A stretch of 32,000 nt of DNA from Pedobacter ginsengisoli (GTDB taxonomy: Bacteria > Bacteroidota > Bacteroidia > Sphingobacteriales > Sphingobacteriaceae), in the NCBI RefSeq assembly GCF_002736205.1, contig NZ_CP024091.1, positions 2,383,555-2,415,554 of the forward strand, in the 5' to 3' direction. Position 1 is the stretch's first letter. Every line of letters starts with the position of its first letter. The position numbers were made by a program, and so were the translations under genes. The notes beneath the pieces are model-generated. The model searched no databases. It had not been told where the DNA came from and worked only from the letters and a program-made list of their open reading frames with translations. Below, one piece after another: positions 10,023 to 17,382 of this stretch.

Positions 10023-10931
10023 TTAAAATGTCTCGTCAACAAGTTCTTTATTGATCATAGCTCCTGCTTTTGTGCCTGCGGCGGTTACTACAGATACTGC
10101 ACGAAACATAGTAGTGTTATCTCCTGCGGCATAAATTCCGGGGATTGTTGTTCTCTGAAAATCATCAATACTAATAAAGCCATGTTCATTGATGTTACAT
10201 CCAAATTCTTCTGGCAATACTGAGTGTTGCTTAAACCCTATTTTAGCAAAAACGGCAGTAAGCTTTTGCTTACTTCCATCTTTAAAAACAACATTTGTCA
10301 TATACCCCTCATAGTGTTCAATCTCTACAATCTCCTTTTCTATAATTTCAATGTTATGCTGTTTAATTTTTTCAGTTTGCTCCTGTGTTAAAGCAGATGG
10401 CCCATTGGTAAGCAAAACCAGATCTCTAGTCCAATTACTAATCAGCCTGGAAAATTCGAAAGCTAAATCGCCATTCGCAATTACTCCCATCGAGGTATGT
10501 TTTACTTCATAACCATGACAATATGGGCAGTGTAAAACAGAAATACCCCAGCATTCTGCGAAACCAGCAATATCAGGCATCTGGTCACTTATACCCGTTG
10601 CAAACAATAACTTACCTGCGCCAAATAATTCTCCGTTTTCAGTCTTTATTGTAAAACCATCATCCGTTTTTGTTCCTTGAACTGCAAGGCCTTCAAAAAA
10701 AGTTACTGTACTGTACTTTAATACCTGGGCTTTTGCAGCATCAGCTATTTGTTTAGGAGTTTGCCCATCCTGAGTTATAAAATTATGTGAGTGAGGGGTT
10801 TGCCTGTTGCAAGGCTTTCCGCTATCTATAATCAAGACTTTCCTTAGCGAACGTCCAAGTGTCATAGCGGCCGATAGGCCAGCATAGCTACCTCCTATTA
10901 TAATTACATCAAATTTTTTATTGTCTTCCAT
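10023..10931 (-). CDS. NAD(P)/FAD-dependent oxidoreductase, thioredoxin-reductase-like, with a CPYC redox motif
   Basis: N-terminal dinucleotide-binding motif VIIIGGSYAGLSAA, redox dithiol LHCPYCHGYE, and C-terminal GIYAAGD. The fold is TrxB-like, but the CPYC motif differs from the canonical TrxB CATC. Confidence 0.8.
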   Translation of the reverse strand: MEDNKKFDVIIIGGSYAGLSAAMTLGRSLRKVLIIDSGKPCNRQTPHSHNFITQDGQTPKQIADAAKAQVLKYSTVTFFEGLAVQGTKTDDGFTIKTENGELFGAGKLLFATGISDQMPDIAGFAECWGISVLHCPYCHGYEVKHTSMGVIANGDLAFEFSRLISNWTRDLVLLTNGPSALTQEQTEKIKQHNIEIIEKEIVEIEHYEGYMTNVVFKDGSKQKLTAVFAKIGFKQHSVLPEEFGCNINEHGFISIDDFQRTTIPGIYAAGDNTTMFRAVSVVTAAGTKAGAMINKELVDETF

Positions 10932-10975
10932 TGTTGTTCATTTAAGTATAAAAATTTCATCGCCTTTTACAGCTA

Positions 10976-10983
10976 CAAAATTA
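10976..10983 (-). promoter_or_regulatory. Candidate -7 promoter box for the TrxB-like gene
   Basis: The minus-strand sequence TAATTTTG matches TAnnTTTG and lies 44 nt upstream of the ATG at 10931. Confidence 0.3.
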
Positions 10984-11053
10984 AATACAATAACCAACAA
11001 TGCAACATAGTTGCAAGTAAAGTATGTTAAAAGAATCTCATTTTTTTTGGATT

Positions 11054-12073
11054 TTAATTTGAAGAATGTTTCCTCAAAGTCTTATTCCCAAATATGTTAT
11101 ATCGAATAGCAAAAGCCTGCTGACTATCAATAACACCATCAAGAAAATGAAATGACAACGTAAACTTTCCTTCAATTCCTTTATATATTTTTGGTCTCCA
11201 GCTCAAATCTAACCTGTTATATGATTTAGCTGTATAAAATTGATCTCCATCTTTTATATGGTGCGCTTCACCTTTATAAAATGAATTAGTAATACCAAAT
11301 CTGTGGTATTCTGCAGCCATTTCCAACAATAATCCTTTTGGTGTTTTCCACCCCCCTACACTTCGTTCACGCTCAAACGACATTAAGCCGCCTGTATTAA
11401 AAGTTAGCGAATCTAAAAATGTTTTCCCACTAAAATCCAAACCTACCTTTACGGCAAGCGCTCCATTATCTTCAATATGATCACCAGGAATATCTATTGC
11501 CGGACCAGCATTATGCAGCATCATGGCATAATGGGAAATAAAGAACATGTCCTTTTTATATTGACCTGATAAGCCAAATATAAAATTCTCTCTATCTGTG
11601 GCAGTTTGGCGGCTTGTCCAATCTATAAACAATAACTGTTTCCAGTTTTCATTTTCATATTTCAGCAACATACCTTCTACATTAGGACGGTAATAACTTA
11701 GGGTATCATTTAAAACGGCCCTCGGAAAATCTGAAAGCAAATCGCGTCGCGGAAACATCCCCATATAAAAATTCCAGTTTTGTTTGGTAAACTGATAATA
11801 CACTACGGGGTCTATTTTATTGGTAAACTTAGGCGAACCAAATTCATGGAGTGCATTAAAACCTACTCTTATCCGGTGGGTGCTATCAAGTAATAATCCC
11901 AGCTCAGGAGAAAACCTTAATCCAAATATAGTTTGAGAAAATCTATTTGATCTGGCATACTCCCTGTTGTCTGCAAAAGTGTGAATATTGAGGTTCCCTT
12001 CGATTTCCTGAGCATAAATTTTCGTTATAGCAGAGGACAACAGAATGATAGTTAACAGAATTTTAATTCTCAT
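11054..12073 (-). CDS. Hypothetical outer-membrane beta-barrel protein
   Basis: Sec signal peptide (LLSSAITKIYAQ). The mature part is rich in aromatic and alternating amphipathic stretches typical of OM beta-strands (RIRVGFNALHEF, FIFGLSGQYK, LAVKVGLDFSG, KFTLSFHF). I recognised no named family. Confidence 0.5.
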   Translation of the reverse strand: MRIKILLTIILLSSAITKIYAQEIEGNLNIHTFADNREYARSNRFSQTIFGLRFSPELGLLLDSTHRIRVGFNALHEFGSPKFTNKIDPVVYYQFTKQNWNFYMGMFPRRDLLSDFPRAVLNDTLSYYRPNVEGMLLKYENENWKQLLFIDWTSRQTATDRENFIFGLSGQYKKDMFFISHYAMMLHNAGPAIDIPGDHIEDNGALAVKVGLDFSGKTFLDSLTFNTGGLMSFERERSVGGWKTPKGLLLEMAAEYHRFGITNSFYKGEAHHIKDGDQFYTAKSYNRLDLSWRPKIYKGIEGKFTLSFHFLDGVIDSQQAFAIRYNIFGNKTLRKHSSN

Positions 12074-12227
12074 ATATTTAAGATGTGTTTTAAGGTCTGA
12101 TTTCTTGTGTTATTGTAAATAGCATGGTTCAATATTTCCATTTCAAAAACACTGGCAAATATTAGATAAAATAGTCTTATTTTAAAACTTAATAAATGTT
12201 AGTTTTTAAAATTTAATTTTTAGACTC

Positions 12228-13139
12228 ATGACAATAAATCAATTGCGCTTAATCGTTCCCTTCCTATTGTTTATGATCTCAGGTGTAGGCCTGGCACAAA
12301 ACAAAATTATTGTATTCCAATCAGATTTCGGCTTAAAGGATGGCGCTGTTTCTGCCATGAAAGGGGTGGCAATGGGGGTATCGTCAGATCTTAAACTTTA
12401 CGATCTTACACATGAAATTCCTGCTTATAATATATGGGAAGCTTCATATAGACTGATGCAAACTGTACCATACTATCCTAAAGGAACGGTTTTCGTTTCC
12501 GTTGTAGATCCAGGAGTTGGCACAGAAAGGAAATCGGTAGTATTAAAAACTAAAACAGGGCAGTTTATAGTTACCCCTGACAATGGAACTTTAACATTAA
12601 TAGCCGAGCTATCAGGCATTGAGGAGATAAGGGAAATAAACGAAGCTGTTAACAGGCGAAAGGATTCTGGAAAATCTTATACCTTTCATGGAAGGGATGT
12701 ATATGCATATACCGCAGCACGCCTTGCATCTGGCACAATTTCTTTTAGCCAGGTAGGAAAAGTATTGCCCAATGAAGTGGTTAGCATCCCTTATCAAAAG
12801 GCGATAATTAATGGCAAAACACTTAAGGGCAATATTCCAATATTAGATATACAATACGGTAATGTATGGACCAATATAGATGCAGAACTTGTAAAAAAGT
12901 TCAATCTAAAATATGGAGATCGTTTAAAGGTATCAATTTTTCATAATGACAAAAAGGTGTATGAAACTGAGGCACCATACAGCGAAACCTTTGGCAATGT
13001 ACCAAAAGGCAAGCCCTTATGTTACCTCAATAGCTTATTACAACTTTCATTTGCACTAAACCAGGACAACTTTGCCACTACTTACAAAATACAGAGTGGA
13101 AGTGAGTGGAATGTTGAAGTAACCAAACTAGACTTCTGA
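12228..13139 (+). CDS. DUF62-family SAM hydrolase (S-adenosyl-L-methionine hydroxide adenosyltransferase-like) with an N-terminal signal peptide
   Basis: Family motifs are present: FQSDFGLKDGAVSAMKGVAMG, VSVVDPGVGTERK, TPDNGTLT, TFHGRDVYAYTAARLA. The Asp/Arg/His triad positions are kept. The N-terminal 24 aa (MTINQLRLIVPFLLFMISGVGLA-QN) look like a Sec signal. An alternative internal ATG lies at 12273. Confidence 0.8.
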   Translation: MTINQLRLIVPFLLFMISGVGLAQNKIIVFQSDFGLKDGAVSAMKGVAMGVSSDLKLYDLTHEIPAYNIWEASYRLMQTVPYYPKGTVFVSVVDPGVGTERKSVVLKTKTGQFIVTPDNGTLTLIAELSGIEEIREINEAVNRRKDSGKSYTFHGRDVYAYTAARLASGTISFSQVGKVLPNEVVSIPYQKAIINGKTLKGNIPILDIQYGNVWTNIDAELVKKFNLKYGDRLKVSIFHNDKKVYETEAPYSETFGNVPKGKPLCYLNSLLQLSFALNQDNFATTYKIQSGSEWNVEVTKLDF

Positions 13140-14411
13140 CAATTGAAGCTCTTCTTTTGATGTTTCCTGAAATGCATTAGCCTGTTTCTTTTTGACCATA
13201 ACACTAACCCGATAAACAAAAATGCAGCACACGGCAATAATAATTGAAACCACAAGCCCCAACATACCATAATTTTGAAGCGGACTTGTACTGTTTTTTT
13301 GCGTAACTATAAGCCCTGCACATAAGGCGGCTATACCGCCAGCCATCTGTTGAAGAGAAGAATTAACACTCATAAAAGCCCCCCTGTCTTTCATATCAGG
13401 TATACTCATTGTTAGTGTAGTTGCCGGTATCATTCTACTCATAATACCCATAAATAGTACCATATTAATTAATACAACTTGCCAAAGCGGTATGGGTACA
13501 AGATTGGTATAAATCAATATCATTACTATTGCTAAAGCAGAACCGGCAGTAAACAACATAAATTTATCGACCTTATCGCTTAGCTTTCCTATTAGCGGCA
13601 TAATTATAATTGATGCAATACCGGTAAACATAAACACCATTGGCAACTGATCAGGAGTTATTTTTATATTGTTGATGAGGTATGCGCTGCTAAATGGCAT
13701 AAGCATAAAACCACCAACACTTAAAAAAGCTGTAGCTATAAAACCCGTTTGATAAGATTTATTTGATACCGCATGCCATAAGTGTAAAAAAGCGCTTTTA
13801 TCTGATTGAAGAGCAAGGTGCTTATCTATCGGCTTAACCTTAATTACAATAACTATAGCTATCACTATGGCCAAAGTAACGATCATTAAAAAAGATGAAT
13901 GCCAGCCCCATAAATTTGCAAAATAAAGTCCAATTGGAATACCCAATACCTGACTGGCAGCAAACGCCATTTGTACAAAGCCCATTACTCTACCTCGCTG
14001 ATTAACCTCAAACAGATCGGTCATAATTGTCATTGAAATTGCGCCAATAACACCTCCAAATAATCCGGTAATGATTCTGGCACCCAACAACATCCAATAT
14101 GTAGTTGCCAGGGCACAGCACAGGGTTCCAACAATAAAACCTGCATAGAAAAACAGTAATATTTTTTTACGATCGAATTTATCTGCAAAACCAGCTGCAA
14201 GTATTCCTGATACTCCTGCGCTAAATGCATAAGAAGATACAACTACTCCAAAGCCCTTTGGAGTAATTGAAAGTGATTTCATTAAATAATCGCCCAGAGG
14301 TGCTAGTACCATAAAATCAAGCACCACAGTGAATTGAAGCAGCGCCAATAAGGCTATTACTAATTTCTGATAATTGTTAAAGGGCAATATTGTATTAGAT
14401 GATTGTTCCAT
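13128..14411 (-). CDS. MFS transporter (drug/H+ antiporter-like, 12 TM)
   Basis: 427-aa polytopic protein with the MFS loop motif GFADKFDRKKILL between TM2 and TM3. It is the last gene of the TetR operon. Its 3' end overlaps the convergent SAM-hydrolase gene by 12 nt. Confidence 0.85.
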   Translation of the reverse strand: MEQSSNTILPFNNYQKLVIALLALLQFTVVLDFMVLAPLGDYLMKSLSITPKGFGVVVSSYAFSAGVSGILAAGFADKFDRKKILLFFYAGFIVGTLCCALATTYWMLLGARIITGLFGGVIGAISMTIMTDLFEVNQRGRVMGFVQMAFAASQVLGIPIGLYFANLWGWHSSFLMIVTLAIVIAIVIVIKVKPIDKHLALQSDKSAFLHLWHAVSNKSYQTGFIATAFLSVGGFMLMPFSSAYLINNIKITPDQLPMVFMFTGIASIIIMPLIGKLSDKVDKFMLFTAGSALAIVMILIYTNLVPIPLWQVVLINMVLFMGIMSRMIPATTLTMSIPDMKDRGAFMSVNSSLQQMAGGIAALCAGLIVTQKNSTSPLQNYGMLGLVVSIIIAVCCIFVYRVSVMVKKKQANAFQETSKEELQLSEV

Positions 14412-14423
14412 AAGTTCTTTTAA

Positions 14424-14648
14424 TTAAGTTAGTTCTTCGCATTGATATCCATTTTTTGAAACCAGACTGATTACCTCGTCGAGCTTCAATTCCGGAGAAA
14501 CAATACGCAATACGCAATCAACATCTTGTTGATCAACTGTCCACTGTTCTATTTTATGCTTTTCCATTACCTTGGCGATAAGAATTTTATCGTCGGTGGT
14601 TTGGATGTTAGTTTTAAAAAGCAAAATGTGTTTAAAATCGGGTTCCAT
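14424..14648 (-). CDS. Small (74 aa) hypothetical cytoplasmic protein, possibly with a ferredoxin/HMA-like fold
   Basis: ATG-initiated ORF lying 7 nt after the TetR stop and 12 nt before the MFS start. It has no signal peptide and no metal-binding CxxC. The secondary-structure pattern suggests beta-alpha-beta-beta-alpha-beta. The coding call rests mainly on operon position. Confidence 0.5.
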   Translation of the reverse strand: MEPDFKHILLFKTNIQTTDDKILIAKVMEKHKIEQWTVDQQDVDCVLRIVSPELKLDEVISLVSKNGYQCEELT

Positions 14649-14655
14649 AGGTGCT

Positions 14656-15246
14656 TTACTTTTTTAGCGCTTTTAGTACCAATTCAAAGGTTTCCCAAAG
14701 CGCTTTTTCTGTTAAAATAAATGGCTTACCTCCAATACTACGACCTTCAAAATGAAATCTTACAAGGTTATATAAAGGAGCAAAAGCAACAGACCAGTAA
14801 ACCTCTAGTTGCATTGGATTAATTTCGCCCCTATTGATTGCATTGGTCATAAATTTACCAAGTGTTACTTTAAAATTATTCACAATTGTTCCATAAACCT
14901 GTTCCTGATACGTAGAGGTTCTCAATTGCTCAAGAAACTGAGCTGATATTGGATTTTCGAGCATACACTTTGCCCTGTTTTTCCATTGCTGTTTCAGCCC
15001 GGCGGCAAAAGAAGCCTCCGGATCGAAATTCTCGAGCATTATATTGCTCATTCGTTCTGCTTCTTCCATTGCAACCTGCAAAATCAAGTCGTCCTTATCC
15101 TTATAATAGATGTATAACGTAGCTACTGATATTTTGCATTCTTTAGCTAACTTATTCATGGTAAAACCTTCAAATCCTATCTTCACCAGCAACTCCATTG
15201 CCTTCTGTTTTACCAGCTCTACTTTATTCAGATCTCTCGCCCGCAT
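14656..15246 (-). CDS. TetR/AcrR-family transcriptional repressor
   Basis: N-terminal HTH (GFEGFTMNKLAKECKISVATLYIYYKDKDDL). I chose the ATG at 15246 (MRARDLNK...) rather than 15288, because the 14-aa extension overlaps the palindromic operator region. Confidence 0.85.
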   Translation of the reverse strand: MRARDLNKVELVKQKAMELLVKIGFEGFTMNKLAKECKISVATLYIYYKDKDDLILQVAMEEAERMSNIMLENFDPEASFAAGLKQQWKNRAKCMLENPISAQFLEQLRTSTYQEQVYGTIVNNFKVTLGKFMTNAINRGEINPMQLEVYWSVAFAPLYNLVRFHFEGRSIGGKPFILTEKALWETFELVLKALKK

Positions 15247-15275
15247 AGTTCTTTGTAAATAACACAACAAATATA

Positions 15276-15289
15276 AATGAATATTCATT
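15276..15289. promoter_or_regulatory. Candidate TetR operator (perfect 14-bp palindrome)
   Basis: AATGAATATTCATT is its own reverse complement and lies 30-43 nt upstream of the TetR ATG. It is embedded in a longer, alternative inverted repeat, TATAAATGAAT-N4-ATTCATTTATA (15272-15297). Confidence 0.4.
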
Positions 15290-15361
15290 CATTTATAAAT
15301 ATATTTAAAAAATAATTTAACTCCCTAAATTTTACCTAAGGCTACAGATTAAAACTTTCAA

Positions 15362-15375
15362 TTCCGATATCGGAA
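15362..15375. promoter_or_regulatory. Second perfect 14-bp palindrome in the TetR/DUF4142 divergent region
   Basis: TTCCGATATCGGAA is self-complementary. It lies 92 nt upstream of the DUF4142 ATG (15468) and 115 nt upstream of the TetR ATG. The binding protein is unknown. Confidence 0.25.
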
Positions 15376-15467
15376 AATGCACTCAGAACTAAAATAGTTT
15401 ACCAATTCAGAAACATTTTCAAGTTTAAACTGTAGATATGTTAACTAAACACTTAAACTTTGAAATC

Positions 15468-16040
15468 ATGAAAACTAGAATTCTATTACCAGCTGTGTTA
15501 TGGTGTATGCTTAGTTTAAATGCCTGCCGAAATACAGACAACAGCACAACCAATACTTTGGCAGATTCTTCACTTGAACAAACAATGACCGATACTTCGG
15601 CAGTAAACCGGGGCGAAGGAATGCAGTTCTTTTTAGAGAAAGCCGCTATTGCTGGTAATATGGAAGTAGAAATTGGTAAAATGGCTGAATCAAAAGCCAG
15701 CAACCCCAGAGTTAAAGAATTTGCCGAAAAAATGGTTAAGGACCACACCAAAACAAACAATAATTTAAAAAAACTGGCCGACAATAAAAAAATAACAATC
15801 CCCACATCTATTCCTGAGGCAGATCAAAATCATATAAATGAGATGGCAAAATTATCTGGAGCTCAATTTGATAAGCACTACATGGATATGATGGTAAAAG
15901 ATCATGTAAAAACACTTGATCTGTTCAAATCAGCTACAACTTCTGGAGATATAGATGTAAGGAGATTTGCAGCCAGAACACTTCGTATGATAGAAGGGCA
16001 TTATAAACTTGCTACTGATTTAAGCTTTGACTTAAAATAA
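15468..16040 (+). CDS. DUF4142-domain lipoprotein (ferritin-like four-helix-bundle family)
   Basis: Start moved to the ATG at 15468 (MKTRILLPAVLWCMLSLNAC, containing a lipobox). Two repeats of the DUF4142 pattern are present (AIAGNMEVEIGKMAESKASNPRVKEFAEKMVKDHTK... and FDKHYMDMMVKDHVKTLDLF). Confidence 0.75.
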   Translation: MKTRILLPAVLWCMLSLNACRNTDNSTTNTLADSSLEQTMTDTSAVNRGEGMQFFLEKAAIAGNMEVEIGKMAESKASNPRVKEFAEKMVKDHTKTNNNLKKLADNKKITIPTSIPEADQNHINEMAKLSGAQFDKHYMDMMVKDHVKTLDLFKSATTSGDIDVRRFAARTLRMIEGHYKLATDLSFDLK

Positions 16041-16068
16041 GAAAGAAGAAGTACCAGGTATCTGTCTA

Positions 16069-17214
16069 CTAGCGTAATAATGCAGTTGCACACCATAACA
16101 ATGGAGCCTGTCCATGTAGGTCTCCTATGTTCCGCTTGCGATCCAAATAATACTGGCGATCATTCTTCTTATTTGTACCCTCGCAAACCTCTCTTACCTC
16201 ATCATTTTCATTGATGTACGTAATTAGGGCGAGCCAGCCTTTCCGTGCCGCTTTGCCATAAACTTCCTTATCTAACCAACTGTTTTTTACCCCGGTAATC
16301 ATTGCAAAAGTAAACATTGCGGTTGATGATGTTTCTTCCCAAGCCTCAGGATCATCAATCAACTGCCGCCACATACCATTAGGAGCCTGATACTTAAGAA
16401 GCGAAGCCATCATGTCTTTGTACCCCTTCATAATTCGTTCATAATTTGGATTACTTTTGGGTAATGACCTAAGCAGTTCAGCCATACCCGCTGCCATCCA
16501 ACCATCGCCCCTACCCCAAAAAAAAGGAACATCCGGTGCATGATAAAACAAACCATTTGGTTCCTGAAGCTTAGCTAAATAAAAAACCATCTCTTTAGCT
16601 GCCCGATCTATATACTTTACCTCTCCGGTTGCCCTGTATGCTTGAGCTTGAACAGCTGTTATCATAAACATATCGTCTATCCATAAACGCGTTTGCCAGG
16701 TATAGCCTTGATTGTAAAACCCATGCGATTCAGCTTTAACCCTTGGTCCTTCAGGCGGCCCCCACTGTTTATCTGCAATTGACAATCCGAGATCAAGATA
16801 TTTTTTACCCTTTGTTTGCATGTAAAGTTCTAAGGGCACGGCTCCAAAAACACTATAATCAACATGATCAGGTATGGGAATCATTTTTGCTTCTTCACCA
16901 AACAAAGGCTCAAACCTATTGGCTAATTTCCTAACCAGCTCTTTATTATTACTTTGCTTTGCAAATGTTAATGCTCCATACCACGTACACGTTTCTGGAT
17001 AAGTGATCACCTTAGGCGGTCCTTGCTTATTAAAATTTGTATGCGGTGTTATGATAAAACGATTTGCTATTCTAATTCCAATTTCTTTTGGAGATGTTCC
17101 AATTGGCCAATTCTTCAAATCAGCTTCTTTTGATTGCGCCTTTACACTTCCCTGCCCAACAATCATAAAGCCGGAAATAAATGCTATTACACTAAGAATT
17201 TGGTTTTTACTCAT
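16069..17214 (-). CDS. GH105/GH88-type unsaturated rhamnogalacturonyl/glucuronyl hydrolase
   Basis: Signal peptide, then WIDDMFMITAV, FWGRGDGWMAAGMAELL and TSSTAMFTFAMITG. These are hallmarks of the YteR/UGL (alpha/alpha)6 family. Confidence 0.85.
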   Translation of the reverse strand: MSKNQILSVIAFISGFMIVGQGSVKAQSKEADLKNWPIGTSPKEIGIRIANRFIITPHTNFNKQGPPKVITYPETCTWYGALTFAKQSNNKELVRKLANRFEPLFGEEAKMIPIPDHVDYSVFGAVPLELYMQTKGKKYLDLGLSIADKQWGPPEGPRVKAESHGFYNQGYTWQTRLWIDDMFMITAVQAQAYRATGEVKYIDRAAKEMVFYLAKLQEPNGLFYHAPDVPFFWGRGDGWMAAGMAELLRSLPKSNPNYERIMKGYKDMMASLLKYQAPNGMWRQLIDDPEAWEETSSTAMFTFAMITGVKNSWLDKEVYGKAARKGWLALITYINENDEVREVCEGTNKKNDRQYYLDRKRNIGDLHGQAPLLWCATALLR

Positions 17215-17280
17215 GGCTCTTTATTCTCTTTAGTTCAATGGTAATTTATTCATTCTGAATTGCAAGTGCAATTTGAGTAA

Positions 17281-17317
17281 TACTTAGGGCTAATCTATGG
17301 CCACGATTAGCTAAGTA
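17281..17317. promoter_or_regulatory. Imperfect 13-bp-arm inverted repeat centred in a divergent intergenic region
   Basis: TACTTAG(GG)GCTAATC - 9 nt loop - GATTAGCTAAGTA, giving 7 + 6 paired bases with a GG bulge. Its centre is within about 2 nt of the midpoint of the 168-bp GH105/amine-oxidase intergenic region. Confidence 0.35.
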
Positions 17318-17382
17318 CTCAACTGTATTGGCATATTTAGTTCATCAAATTTTTTTGATCCTGAAAATGTTTATCTTTAATT

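Noticed and set aside
11001-11015. The palindrome TGCAAC-ATA-GTTGCA between the beta-barrel gene and the TrxB-like gene.
   Set aside because: The arms are only 6 bp, and several such palindromes are expected by chance in 32 kb. Its role is also ambiguous: it could be a terminator for the upstream gene or an operator near the candidate -7 box of the downstream gene.
16518-16525. Homopolymer tracts (A8 at 16518-16525 inside GH105, T8 at 11041-11048 in an intergenic region, A8 at 26481-26488 inside the DUF1549/1553 signal-peptide region) as possible phase-variation switches.
   Set aside because: The tracts are short for slipped-strand switching. The coding ones simply encode Phe-Phe in intact frames, and nothing in this single sequence indicates length heterogeneity.
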